Below, one piece after another: positions 44,417 to 54,006 of a stretch of 64,000 nt of DNA. The stretch is from assembly GCA_965215505.1 (NCBI GenBank), contig OZ244065.1:3104001-3168000 (forward strand), written 5' to 3'. This DNA is from Capsulimonadaceae bacterium (GTDB taxonomy: Bacteria > Armatimonadota > Armatimonadia > Armatimonadales > Capsulimonadaceae). Every line of letters begins with the position of its first letter. Position 1 is the first letter of the stretch. The translations under genes were made by a program, and so were the position numbers. The notes beneath the pieces were generated by a model that was not told the DNA's origin, did no database searches, and saw only the letters and a list, made by a program, of their open reading frames with translations.

Positions 44417-46573
44417 TCAAGGCCCGGCGCTGACGGCGGTGACGCCCCACAGGTTGCCGGGCGCGTTGTCCGTATAGGGGCCGTAGCCGGCCACGCTGAA
44501 GTCGAGGGCGTTATCCACGCCCCACAGCATCGCCCGGTCGTCCGTGTTGCCCCACAGCAGGTGCGAGAGGCCGTCGGGACCCGTCGCCAAGGCGGTGGCG
44601 CTCCACAGGTTGTTCGCGCCGTTGTCCGTGTACGGCCCGTACCCAGCCAGCGTGAAGTTGAACGCACTGTCCACGTTCCAGAACATCGCCCGGCGGTCCG
44701 TGTTGCTCCACAACAGGTGCGTCAGGTTGTCCGGCCCCACCGAGAGGCCCACGGCGCTCCACTTGTTCTGCGGCGCACCATCGGTGTACGGCCCGTAGCC
44801 CGCCAGTGTGAAGCCGAACGAACCATCTACGTCCCAGAGCATGACGCGGGTGTCTGTGTTGTTCCACAGGATGCGCGTCAGCCCATCACCGCCAGTGGCA
44901 AGGGCGGTGGCCGTCCACAGGTTGCCTGGTGCGTTGTCGGTGTACGGGCCGTAGCCCGCCAGCGTGAAGGTGAAGTCGGAGGCGACATTCCAGAGCATCG
45001 CCCGGTGGTCGGTGTTGCTCCACAGCAGGTGGACGGTGTTGTCCGGGCCGACCGAGACGCCAACGGCGCTCCACTTGTTCTGCGGGGCGTTGTCCGTGTA
45101 GGGACCGTAGCCCGCCAGCGTGAAGTTGCCGCTGTCGTCCACGGTCCATAGCATGACCCTTCCGTCCGTGTTGTTCCACAGAAGGTGCGAAAGGCCGTCC
45201 GGCCCGGTCGCCACCGCCGTCGCGTGCCAGACGTTCTGCGGTGCGCCGTCGGTGTAGGGGCCGAAGCCGCTAAGGGTGAAGCTGCCGTCTTGTGCGATGC
45301 TCCAGAGCATGACGCGCCCGTCGCTGTTGTTCCACAGAAGGTGCGTGTGGCCGGAGGGGGAGAAGGCACCCGCGTACTCATATGCGCCGATGTCGGGGGG
45401 GCCGGCGCGTCCCGCCCCGCGCTGGTCCGTGGGGGGAGTGCCGACGGCTGTGCCGGCGTCAATACAGGGGGAGCCGGGCAGGAGCGCCCTCGTCTGGGTG
45501 GGGCCACCGTTGTTCTGCAAGGGGCCAAGGCGCGGGTCGGCGCTGAGGTTGCCGCCGCCGTTTGTGTAGACCGCCCCATAAACCGATGCCGAAACGAGAT
45601 CGCAGTGGGTGATGGTCATGGTGCCGGGGTTGCTGCCGTCGCCATTGTTGAAGAAGATCTCGTCGCCTCCACCTTGCGGGGAGCTATCGCCGTAGAAAAT
45701 GTCGTTGGTCAGCGTCGTCGTGCCCCGGACGAGGGCGATCGCGCCGCCGCCGCCGTAGACGTTGTCATAGGTCGTCACCGTGTTTCCCGTGAAGGTACAG
45801 TTGGTCACCGTCAGGATGCCGGTGAGGCTGGAGATGCCGCCACCGCCGTTGCTGCCGGCGACGTTCCCCGTCACGGTGCAGTCGGTCAGCGTCAGCGTGA
45901 CGCCGCCGTTGCCGTTGTAGATGCCCCCGCCGGCACTGCCGCTGGTGTTGCCAACGAGGGTGCAGCCGGTCAGTGTCATCGTGCCATAGGTGAAAATGCC
46001 GGCCCCACCCTGTTGGACAGTGTTACGGGCAACCGTACAGTTGACCAGCGTCAAGGTGCCGTCGTTGAACACACCGCCACCGTTTTCGGCCGTGTTCCCC
46101 TGCATGACGCAATTCGTCAGCGTCAGCGTCCCGAAGCGGTTGTCCAGGCCGCTGCCGGCGGGGTCGTTCTGAATGATCAGGTTGCTGGCGGAAGACGTGG
46201 CGGTGTCGGACCCGAAGACGAGGATGGGCTGGGCGCTCCGCGCTGGGATCGCGCTCCCATCAAGGACCACGCCCGCCGTAGGACCCTGGATGGTCACGCC
46301 GACGTAAGCGAAAAGGAGGCCGTTGACGATGGGGATGGTCTGCCGGGTGGCAAAGACGGTCGGGTCGAAGGTGATGACATCCCCATCGCCGTCCGCCCTG
46401 CTGGTGTCGAGGGCCGCGCGCAGGGACCCCGGCCCACTGTCGGCGGTGGTGGTGACGACCAGCGTGGCGGCGCGGCTCAGGCTCGCAAAGCCGAAGAAGA
46501 GGGCCACGACGGACAGCAGAGTCCAGAAAGCGTGGGACCGGGGGCGGGCGTGAACGACTTGAGTGAGCAGCAT
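44417..46573 (-). CDS. Array member 4: signal peptide + beta-helix/choice-of-anchor-Q-like domain + six-repeat SAGP module (44417-~45349)
   Basis: [20 protein letters not shown] repeats and [30 protein letters not shown]...DQRG..R...DIGAYE. Confidence 0.87.
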   Translation of the reverse strand: MLLTQVVHARPRSHAFWTLLSVVALFFGFASLSRAATLVVTTTADSGPGSLRAALDTSRADGDGDVITFDPTVFATRQTIPIVNGLLFAYVGVTIQGPTAGVVLDGSAIPARSAQPILVFGSDTATSSASNLIIQNDPAGSGLDNRFGTLTLTNCVMQGNTAENGGGVFNDGTLTLVNCTVARNTVQQGGAGIFTYGTMTLTGCTLVGNTSGSAGGGIYNGNGGVTLTLTDCTVTGNVAGSNGGGGISSLTGILTVTNCTFTGNTVTTYDNVYGGGGAIALVRGTTTLTNDIFYGDSSPQGGGDEIFFNNGDGSNPGTMTITHCDLVSASVYGAVYTNGGGNLSADPRLGPLQNNGGPTQTRALLPGSPCIDAGTAVGTPPTDQRGAGRAGPPDIGAYEYAGAFSPSGHTHLLWNNSDGRVMLWSIAQDGSFTLSGFGPYTDGAPQNVWHATAVATGPDGLSHLLWNNTDGRVMLWTVDDSGNFTLAGYGPYTDNAPQNKWSAVGVSVGPDNTVHLLWSNTDHRAMLWNVASDFTFTLAGYGPYTDNAPGNLWTATALATGGDGLTRILWNNTDTRVMLWDVDGSFGFTLAGYGPYTDGAPQNKWSAVGLSVGPDNLTHLLWSNTDRRAMFWNVDSAFNFTLAGYGPYTDNGANNLWSATALATGPDGLSHLLWGNTDDRAMLWGVDNALDFSVAGYGPYTDNAPGNLWGVTAVSAGP

Positions 46574-46668
46574 TGACAGAGTCCTTCCTGACGCACAGGC
46601 GGAAGCCCTCACGGGGCCGCCGCCAAACAAAAACAGGGATGACGAAAATGGGGTCTGGTGTTTTTGCC

Positions 46669-46684
46669 TGCACGAACCGTGCCA
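46669..46684 (-). promoter_or_regulatory. Sigma54-like promoter for member 4
   Basis: Minus strand TGGCACGGTTCGTGCA. Confidence 0.6.
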
Positions 46685-46732
46685 GGTATCAGAAATCCAC
46701 GCTCTAGTTTAGCATTCGGTGGCGGGGGCGTC

Positions 46733-46748
46733 TGTGCCCTTTGTCACA
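46733..46748. promoter_or_regulatory. CRP-like box upstream of member 4
   Basis: TGTGC-CCTTTG-TCACA, 1 mismatch to TGTGA-N6-TCACA. Confidence 0.5.
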
Positions 46749-46826
46749 CGGATCGCAGCGGATGCTCGTCAGGAGCCTGCAAATCTCAGGGCAGAGGCCG
46801 TGCCCGGTGCAGTTTTTTCGCATGGA

Positions 46827-48494
46827 CTATGGCCCAGCGCTGACGGCGGTGACGCTCCACAGGTTGCCCGCGCCGTTGTCGGTATAGGGGCCGTACCCGG
46901 CCACCGTGAAGCTGAACGAGTTATTGATGCCCCACAGCATCGCCCGATTATCCGTGTTCCCCCACAGCAGGTGGCTCATCCCATCCAGGCCGGTCGCCAG
47001 GGCGGCAGCACTCCACAGGTTGCCGGGCGCGTTGTCGGTGTAGGGGCCGTAGCCGGCGAGCGAGAAGCCGAACGCACTGTCCACGTTCCAGAGCATGGCC
47101 CGATGGTCCGTGTTGCCCCACAGCAGGTGCGTCAGGTTGTCCGGCCCGACCGACAACCCGACCGCGCTCCACTTGTTGCCGGCCGCCCCGTCGGTGTACG
47201 GCCCGTACCCGGCCAGGGTGAAGGTGAAGTCCGGGGCGACGTCCCACAGCATGACGCGCCCGTCGGTGTTGTTCCAGACGATCCGGCTGACGCTGTCCGG
47301 GCCGGTGGCGAGGGCAGTGGCTGACCAGAGGTTGCTCGGGCCGTTGTCGGTGTACGGCCCGAACCCGGCCAGGGTGTAGTTAAAGGACGAGTCCACGTTC
47401 CAGAGCATGACGCGGTTGTCGGTGTTGTTCCACAGAAGGTGCGTCACGTTGTCCGGGCCGACCGAAACCGCCGTCGCGCTCCACTTGTTCAGGGCCGCGC
47501 CGTCCGTGTACGGCCCGTAGATCGCCAGGGTGAAGACGCCGGCGTCGTCCACGGTCCAGAGCATGACGCGGCCGTCGGTGCTGTTCCACAGAAGGTGGCT
47601 CTTGCCGTCCGGCCCGGTCGCGAGGGCCGTGGCGCTCCACCGGCTGTCGGGCGGGATGACGACGGCGGGCTGCCCGCCGGGGGCGCGTCTGGCCGAGGGG
47701 ACCTTGTTGCCGGTGTACGGCCCGAAGCCGTGCAAGGTGAAAGAACCGTCGGCGGCGATGCTCCACAGCATGACGCGCCCGTCCGTGTTGTTCCACAGCA
47801 GGTGCGTGTGGCTGGTGGCGGCGGCTGCCGGGGCGGTGGCGATGTCGAAGCGGTTGAGGAACAGGCTGTAGTGCGGGGTGAGGCCGGTGTAGGCGATCCG
47901 GTAGATGTCCGGGGCGGCGTCCAGGATGCCGACGAACGGGGCGGAATTGTCGCCCCTGGCGCTGAACGTGCCGTTCCGGGTGAACGAGGCGAGCAGGCCG
48001 CCGTCCTTGCCGAACGCCTGGACCTGCACGGTGAAGGCCCCCGCGCCGGAGGCTGCCGTCGTGGGCACGGCGAGCTGCGCCCCGCCGCCGTAGACCCCGC
48101 GCGGGAAGGAGAGCGACACCGTGCCGCCGTCCATCGCGTCCAGCACCCGGTCGCCGGGCGCGAAGTTGCCGTTCAGCGTACCCTCCGCCTGGACATTCCC
48201 CGCCTGGAGGAGCGTGGCGAAGAGGCCGCCGTTCGAGTCGGTCAGCCCGTGCCCGGCCTCGCTGACGATGACGGCGGTGCCCAGGGAGGAAACCTGGCCG
48301 AACGGGTCGCTGATGCGGGTGGCGCGGTCCCCCAGGCCCGCCCAGTCCAGGCGGTCGGTGCCGGACAGGGAAGCCCGGCTGGTCAGGAGCGTCTGACACC
48401 GCGCCGGCCCGGCGAGGGCGGCGGCGGCGAGGACGACGGCCAGCAGCAGCAGACAGAGGCGGGCCGGGAGTGCGGCGAGCGTGCGGACTAACAT
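46827..48494 (-). CDS. Array member 5: signal peptide + ~190-aa uncharacterised beta-rich domain + six-repeat SAGP module (46827-~47810)
   Basis: Signal peptide ending ARC-Q; TSRASLSGTDRLDW..GNFAPGD..GDNSAPFVGI domain; long loop insertion in repeat 1. Confidence 0.82.
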   Translation of the reverse strand: MLVRTLAALPARLCLLLLAVVLAAAALAGPARCQTLLTSRASLSGTDRLDWAGLGDRATRISDPFGQVSSLGTAVIVSEAGHGLTDSNGGLFATLLQAGNVQAEGTLNGNFAPGDRVLDAMDGGTVSLSFPRGVYGGGAQLAVPTTAASGAGAFTVQVQAFGKDGGLLASFTRNGTFSARGDNSAPFVGILDAAPDIYRIAYTGLTPHYSLFLNRFDIATAPAAAATSHTHLLWNNTDGRVMLWSIAADGSFTLHGFGPYTGNKVPSARRAPGGQPAVVIPPDSRWSATALATGPDGKSHLLWNSTDGRVMLWTVDDAGVFTLAIYGPYTDGAALNKWSATAVSVGPDNVTHLLWNNTDNRVMLWNVDSSFNYTLAGFGPYTDNGPSNLWSATALATGPDSVSRIVWNNTDGRVMLWDVAPDFTFTLAGYGPYTDGAAGNKWSAVGLSVGPDNLTHLLWGNTDHRAMLWNVDSAFGFSLAGYGPYTDNAPGNLWSAAALATGLDGMSHLLWGNTDNRAMLWGINNSFSFTVAGYGPYTDNGAGNLWSVTAVSAGP

Positions 48495-48499
48495 TCCCC

Positions 48500-48528
48500 A
48501 TTATAACACAGGCCGCCCGCCATGGCAA
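48500..48528 (-). promoter_or_regulatory. Sigma70-like promoter for member 5 (probably leaderless)
   Basis: TTGCCA-17bp-TATAAT with TGn; ATG starts 5 nt after the -10. Confidence 0.65.
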
Positions 48529-48581
48529 ACGCCCGGTTTCCCGCTCCCGCCCCCGCCCCCGCCGATGCTCCCGCGCCCCGT

Positions 48582-50186
48582 TTACGGCCCGGCGCTGACG
48601 GCGGTGACGCTCCACGGGTTGCCCACGCCGTTGTCGGTGTAGGGGCCGAAGCCCGCGACGGTGAAGTTGAAGGCACTGTCCATGCCCCAGAGCATCGCCC
48701 GATAGTCGGTGTTCCCCCACAGCAGGTGGCTCATCCCGTCCGGGCCGGTCGCGACCGCCTGCGCGCTCCACAGGTGCTGGGGCGTGTCGTCGGTGTACGG
48801 CCCGAAGCCCGCCAGCGTGAAGGAGAAGTCCGGGTTCACGTCCCAGAACATCGCCCGGCGGTCGGTGTTCGTCCACAGGATGTGCTGCACGTTGTCCGGG
48901 CCGACCGAGATGCCGGCCGCCGACCACAGGTTCTGGGGTGCCCCGTCCGTGTACGGTCCGAAGCCTGCCAGCGTGAAGCTGGAGTCCGGGTTCACGTCCC
49001 AGAGCATGACGCGGTTGTCCGTGTTGTTCCACAGGATGTGGCTCAGGCCGTCCGGCCCGGTGGACAGGGCGGTGGCCGACCACAGGTGCTGGGGGGTGTC
49101 GTCGGTGTAGGGGCCGAACCCGGCCAGCGTGAAGCTGAAGTCAGACTGGACACTCCACAGCATGGCCCGGTTGTCGGTGTTGCTCCACAGCAGATGCACG
49201 ACGTTGTCCGGCCCGACCGAGACGGCCGTGGCGCTCCACTTGTTCTGCGGTGCCCCGTCCGTGTACGGCCCGTAGCCCGCCAGCGTGAAGGTGCCGGCGT
49301 CGTTCACGGTCCAGAGCATGACGCGCCCGTCGGTGTTGTTCCACAGAAGGTGCGAGACGCCGTCCGCGCCGGTCGCCACCGCCGTCGCGCTCCACTTGTT
49401 CTGCGGCGCACCGTCGGTGTACGGGCCGAAGCCGTTGAGCGTGAAGGAGCCGTCGGCGGCGAGGCTCCAGAGCATGACGCGCCCGTCGGTGTCGTTCCAG
49501 AGCAGGTGAGTGTGAACAGTCGCCGGGGTGATCGAGGAGACGAAGATCAGGTTGCTCGCCTGGACGGCCGCGCCGGACTGGTAGTTGTTGATCAGCGGGA
49601 TATGGTCAAAGGGGGAGCCCTGGTTGGAAACGGGCACGGCGGCGATCTGGTCCATGACGGCGAGGCTGGCGGCGTCCGTGACCTTGCCGAAGACGGTGAA
49701 GCCGCCGTTCTGGTTGTCCAGGTTTGCGGCGTTCGAGTCGGACTCGTTGAAGAACCACTGGCTGGTGGCGCTGTTCGGATCACTGCCGACCTTCGCCATC
49801 GCGATCGTGCCGCGCGTGTTGGACAGGTGGAACTCATTGACGACGGGCGGGAAGGCGGTGATCGTCTGGACTTGGCCGTTCGGGAAGGTGTAGCCGCCCC
49901 CCTGGATGACGAAGCCCGGCGGCGAGCGGTGGATGAATGAGTTGTTGTAGGCACCCGTGGTGACGTAGTGAAGGAAGTTCGCCACCGTCTGCGGGGCCAC
50001 GTCCGGGTAGAGCTGGACGGAGATGTTGCCCAGGCTCGTGTGGAAGACGTAGACGGGGTCCGTGCTGCTCTGCGCGCGCGCCGGGGTGGCCGCGGCCCCC
50101 AGGACGAGGACGCAGAGGACGAGCGCGCGCGCCGGCGGGCAGGCGCGGAGGCAGGCGTTGACGAGGCTCAAGAGGCGGCGGGACAT
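48582..50186 (-). CDS. Array member 6: signal peptide + cyclophilin-type peptidyl-prolyl isomerase + six-repeat SAGP module (48582-~49514)
   Basis: APQTVANFLHYV, IHRSPPGFVIQGGG, NTRGTIAMAK...SATSQWFFN and FTVFGKV. Confidence 0.92.
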   Translation of the reverse strand: MSRRLLSLVNACLRACPPARALVLCVLVLGAAATPARAQSSTDPVYVFHTSLGNISVQLYPDVAPQTVANFLHYVTTGAYNNSFIHRSPPGFVIQGGGYTFPNGQVQTITAFPPVVNEFHLSNTRGTIAMAKVGSDPNSATSQWFFNESDSNAANLDNQNGGFTVFGKVTDAASLAVMDQIAAVPVSNQGSPFDHIPLINNYQSGAAVQASNLIFVSSITPATVHTHLLWNDTDGRVMLWSLAADGSFTLNGFGPYTDGAPQNKWSATAVATGADGVSHLLWNNTDGRVMLWTVNDAGTFTLAGYGPYTDGAPQNKWSATAVSVGPDNVVHLLWSNTDNRAMLWSVQSDFSFTLAGFGPYTDDTPQHLWSATALSTGPDGLSHILWNNTDNRVMLWDVNPDSSFTLAGFGPYTDGAPQNLWSAAGISVGPDNVQHILWTNTDRRAMFWDVNPDFSFTLAGFGPYTDDTPQHLWSAQAVATGPDGMSHLLWGNTDYRAMLWGMDSAFNFTVAGFGPYTDNGVGNPWSVTAVSAGP

Positions 50187-50281
50187 GAAGCACTTACTCC
50201 TAGGACCGGATGAGATCGGACAAGATCGGACAAGATCGGTTGCGATGGCCGGTCGCGGCGGCGGGCCGGGACCGCAGGGCC

Positions 50282-50353
50282 ATTATAACACGGACGGGCG
50301 AACGGCGCAAGGAAGCCGGACGACAAAAACGGGCGCGGCCTCTGCCGCGCCCG
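50282..50353 (-). promoter_or_regulatory. Terminator (for member 7) + sigma70 promoter (for member 6) module
   Basis: Hairpin CGGGCGCGGC-CTCT-GCCGCGCCCG with U-tract (50326-50353); TTGCGC-17bp-TATAAT (50310-50282). Confidence 0.75.
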
Positions 50354-50375
50354 CTCCGACCCTTCCGCGCCTGGT

Positions 50376-53300
50376 TCACGGCCCGGCGGAAACTGCGGTG
50401 ACGCTCCACTGGTTCTGGTCAGCGTTATCGGTGTACGGCCCGTAGCCCGCCACGGTGAAGTTGAACGCCGAGTCCACGCCCCAGAGCATGGCCCGGTAGT
50501 CCGTGTTGGCCCACAGCAGGTGGTTCAGGCCGTCCGGCCCCGTCGCAAGGGCCGCGGCCGACCACAGGTTGCCGGGCGCGTTGTCGGTGTAGGGGCCGTA
50601 CCCGGCCAGCGTGAAGCCGAAGGAGCTGTCCACGTTCCAGAGCATCGCGCGCCGGTCGGTGTTGCTCCACAGCAGGTGCGTCACGTTGTCCGGCCCGACC
50701 GAAACCGCCGTGGCGCTCCACTTGTTCTGCGCCGCCCCGTCGGTGTACGGCCCGTAGCCGGCCAGGGTGAAGCTGAAGTCCGGGGCCACGTCCCAGAGCA
50801 TGACGCGCCCGTCGGTGTTGTTCCAGGCGATCCGGCTGACGTTGTCCGGCCCGGTGGCAACCGCCGCCGCCGACCAGAGGTTGTTCGCGCCGTTGTCGGT
50901 GTACGGCCCGAACCCGGCCAGGGTGAAGTTAAAGGACGGGTCCACGTTCCAGAGCATGACGCGCCCGTCGGTGTTGTTCCACAGCAGGTGCATCACGTTG
51001 TCCGGCCCGACCGAGACGGCCGTGGCGCTCCATTTGTTCTGCGCCGCCCCGTCGGTGTACGGCCCGTAGCCGGCCAGGGTGAAGCTGCCGGCGTCGTTCA
51101 CGGTCCAGAGCATGACGCGCCCGTCCGTGTTGTTCCACAAGAGGTGCGAAACGCCGTCGCCCCCCGTCGCGACGGCCGTGGCGCTCCACTTGTTCTGCGA
51201 GGCACCGTCGGTGTACGGCCCGAAGCCGTTGAGCGTGAAGGAGCCGCCGGGGGCGACGCTCCAGAGCATGACGCGCCCGTCGCCGTTGTTCCACAGAAGG
51301 TGCGTGTGTGTGACGCCCCCCTGGATGGTGAGGGACAGGGCGGCGGAGGTGCCGCCGCCGGGGCCTGGGTTCACGACGGTCACGGGGTACACGCCGACAG
51401 GAAGGAAGACGGACGACGGCAGGTAGAAAGTGAGCTGCGTCCTGTCGTCGCTGAGGCTCTCCGGGGAGAACACATGGCTGCCGAGGTGGATGACCGAGTG
51501 GTGCATGAAGTTGCCGCCGGTGAGCGTCACGGAGGAGCTGCTCCGGATGGGCTGCATGCTGCTCGGGCTGATGCCGGTGAGGACCGGCACGGGGTAGGGG
51601 CCGTCGGTGATGGCTTGGGTGGTGCCGGCCGTGCCGCCGCCGGGGGCGCTGTTGGTCACGCTGACGGTGACGAGGCCCGGCGCAGCCGCGTCCGGGCCGG
51701 AGGCGATCAGGCTGTAGCCGGAAATGAAGGCCGTGACCCGCGTCGGCGAAACATAGGTCGTGCTGAAGTTGAAGCCGCCCCAGTTGACGATGGTGCTGGG
51801 CGTGAACCCCGTGCCGTTGACGGTCAGGGTGAAGCCGGGGAGTCCGTCGGCGACAAGCGAGGGCGGGCTGATGCTCGTGATGGTGGGCGCTGGGTTGACG
51901 ACCGTGAGGGTCGGCTGGGGGGTACTCTGCGCCGCCCCGCGCTGGCCGGGGGTGTAGGCGTAGAACGTCAGGATCGTCCCGACGGTCATCTGGGCGGCCG
52001 GGAGGCGCACGGTGATCCGCGTGTGGTCGGAGGACGCCGACAGCACGGTGAGAGGGGTCTGACCGGGGGCGACGTAGCCGAAGGCGATCTGCGTCTCCGG
52101 GTAGAGGCCCGTGCCGGCCAGGGTGAGGGTGGTATCCGGGCTGCCGGCGGGCAGGGAGGCGGGGCTGACTGAGGTGAGGGTCGGGACGGGGCGCACCGGC
52201 AGGACGACATACGGCCCGGACCCGGCCCGGCCGTCCGGGTTCGTGACGGTGACGGTGTGCGTCCCCGCCGTAAGGTCCGCAGACGGGATGTGGGCGATGA
52301 TCTGCGTCTCCGCGTAGACGGTCGCCGTCAGGGGGACGCCGTCATAGGTGACGACGGCCCCGACCTGGAACCCGGTCCCCGTGATGTCCACCGTCTGGTC
52401 CGGGTCGCCGGCGTCCGGCGGCTGGGGCTGGATGAGCTGGATCGTGGGGGCGGCGGGGGCGGCCCGCCCCGCCGGCGTGAGCAGTAAGGCGTGAAAGCCA
52501 GACGCGGGCTGCCCCGCCGGCTGCCCGATCGCGGCGATCTGCCCGACGTCATTGATGCCGACGGCCTCCCACAACTGGAATGCGCCCGCGTTGGGTGCCT
52601 GTATGTGCAGGTTGAGGTCGTACATCAGCCCGGCTTGTTCCAGGAAAGCGCCCGAAGGCCCGTTGGAAAGGTAGCTCGTGCCCACCAGGTCCTTGGACGA
52701 GTTCAGCGCGGTGGGGTAGGTGCTGAAGGCGGGGAAAGCGGAGTTGCTCAACGAGTAGGGGTCGAAGAACAGCCCGCCGAGGTCCACGGCGCTTATGGTC
52801 GTGTCCGCCGGGTTGAAGGCGGACACATTGGCACTCGCCCAGAAGACCTGGGCGCTTGCCGGCAGTTGTCCGTCCGTCAGCGCCCCCGGAGGCGGCACGG
52901 GCGAGTCCGTGCCGGTGCCGGAGACGAAGTGCCCCGCGGTGGCCCCCAGGTGATCGGGAACCCAGACGAAGGGGTTGACGGACACCGTCGGCGTGGAGAA
53001 GTTCCCGTAAATGTCACCGTGCGCGTCCGTGCGTAGGAGTACGAACCTGTACCCAGAGTACAGCCCGTTCGGGTCGAAACCGGGCGGGTCGCCCAGCGGA
53101 ATCGAGTTCTGCCCGTCGTAAAGAGTCAGCACCCCGTTCAGGAGGCCGATGACACGCCCCGAGTCGTCCAGCAGGGACGGCACCAGCAGGCCGAGGTCCT
53201 TCATCTGCGGGTTGGAAGGGGCGCCGCCCGTGCCGCCCGGCGTCCACAGGAAGCCATGCGGGGGGTCGATGTTGCGGTAGCCCTGGGGGGTCAGGGTGAG

Positions 53301-53837
53301 CGCGTCCGCCGTCCCGAGGACCTGTCCGTGGTTGTTGATGGCGACGGCGGTCGTGCCGATGTCGGCCTGGCTGTTCGCCACCAATGTTCCGAGGTCCTGG
53401 ATCGTGCCCGATCTGTCATCCGGCGCAGGCGTCCACAGGAAGGCGTGGCTGACGGACACTAACTGCCCGTCGCTGGAGAACGAAGCTCTCACCTCGGACT
53501 GCCCGGTGATCTGCCCCTGGTCGTTCATCGCCACGGCGGCCCGGAAACCCTCGGCCGGGTAGGAGCCGGCCGGCCGGTTCTCCGGCAACGCCCCGACGTC
53601 TATCATGCCTCCTTGCGGACTCCAAAAAAAGATGTGGCCCGGCAGGCTCAGGTTGGTGGTCGAGGGGGTGGCGCTGCCGAATACCTGACCCGCCTGGTTG
53701 ATCCCCTGGGGCTGGGCGGAACCGCCCGGCGTGAGGCTCCCGAGGTCTTGAAGGGTGTACTGCGGGGCGGCGGCAGCAACTGGAAGGGCGGCGAGGCAGC
53801 AGAGCGAGAGCGCGGCGAGCAGCCGGAGGGGGGACAT
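50376..53837 (-). CDS. Array member 7: signal peptide + HAF-type extracellular repeats + four IPT/TIG-like domains + six-repeat SAGP module (50376-~51308)
   Basis: YTLQDLGSL..GINQAGQV and HAFLW..DLGTL repeats; P.(L/I)TS.SP...T.TG.(G/N)F IPT units. Confidence 0.87.
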   Translation of the reverse strand: MSPLRLLAALSLCCLAALPVAAAAPQYTLQDLGSLTPGGSAQPQGINQAGQVFGSATPSTTNLSLPGHIFFWSPQGGMIDVGALPENRPAGSYPAEGFRAAVAMNDQGQITGQSEVRASFSSDGQLVSVSHAFLWTPAPDDRSGTIQDLGTLVANSQADIGTTAVAINNHGQVLGTADALTLTPQGYRNIDPPHGFLWTPGGTGGAPSNPQMKDLGLLVPSLLDDSGRVIGLLNGVLTLYDGQNSIPLGDPPGFDPNGLYSGYRFVLLRTDAHGDIYGNFSTPTVSVNPFVWVPDHLGATAGHFVSGTGTDSPVPPPGALTDGQLPASAQVFWASANVSAFNPADTTISAVDLGGLFFDPYSLSNSAFPAFSTYPTALNSSKDLVGTSYLSNGPSGAFLEQAGLMYDLNLHIQAPNAGAFQLWEAVGINDVGQIAAIGQPAGQPASGFHALLLTPAGRAAPAAPTIQLIQPQPPDAGDPDQTVDITGTGFQVGAVVTYDGVPLTATVYAETQIIAHIPSADLTAGTHTVTVTNPDGRAGSGPYVVLPVRPVPTLTSVSPASLPAGSPDTTLTLAGTGLYPETQIAFGYVAPGQTPLTVLSASSDHTRITVRLPAAQMTVGTILTFYAYTPGQRGAAQSTPQPTLTVVNPAPTITSISPPSLVADGLPGFTLTVNGTGFTPSTIVNWGGFNFSTTYVSPTRVTAFISGYSLIASGPDAAAPGLVTVSVTNSAPGGGTAGTTQAITDGPYPVPVLTGISPSSMQPIRSSSSVTLTGGNFMHHSVIHLGSHVFSPESLSDDRTQLTFYLPSSVFLPVGVYPVTVVNPGPGGGTSAALSLTIQGGVTHTHLLWNNGDGRVMLWSVAPGGSFTLNGFGPYTDGASQNKWSATAVATGGDGVSHLLWNNTDGRVMLWTVNDAGSFTLAGYGPYTDGAAQNKWSATAVSVGPDNVMHLLWNNTDGRVMLWNVDPSFNFTLAGFGPYTDNGANNLWSAAAVATGPDNVSRIAWNNTDGRVMLWDVAPDFSFTLAGYGPYTDGAAQNKWSATAVSVGPDNVTHLLWSNTDRRAMLWNVDSSFGFTLAGYGPYTDNAPGNLWSAAALATGPDGLNHLLWANTDYRAMLWGVDSAFNFTVAGYGPYTDNADQNQWSVTAVSAGP

Positions 53838-53908
53838 CGTTTGATCCTTTCGGAACCGATCATTGCAAGAGAATCCCCTTGCATGGGCTTTCGGACCAGG
53901 GCACGGCC

Positions 53909-53982
53909 ATTATAGCACGGCAGGCAAGGGAGCGCAAGCAAGCCGGACAACAGAAAACGGGCGCGGCATCTGCCGCGCCCGT
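53909..53982 (-). promoter_or_regulatory. Terminator (for member 8) + sigma70 promoter (for member 7) module
   Basis: Hairpin ACGGGCGCGGCA-TC-TGCCGCGCCCGT (53957-53982) with U-tract; TTGCGC-17bp-TATAAT (53937-53909). Confidence 0.75.
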
Positions 53983-54006
53983 CCGTGTCTGCCGCCGAAG
54001 AGGCGC

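Noticed and set aside
44317-44667. 117-codon upstream extension of member 3 overlapping member 4 in another frame (possible frameshift fusion)
   Set aside because: The extension is an off-frame reading of member 4's repeats. Member 3 has its own promoter, RBS and hydrophobic N-terminus at 44316.
46574-46668. Riboswitch in the 5' UTRs of members 4 and 8
   Set aside because: Only short shared words (GGCGGCCCC, AAGGACT) and no aptamer I recognise. An Rfam/Infernal search would be needed.
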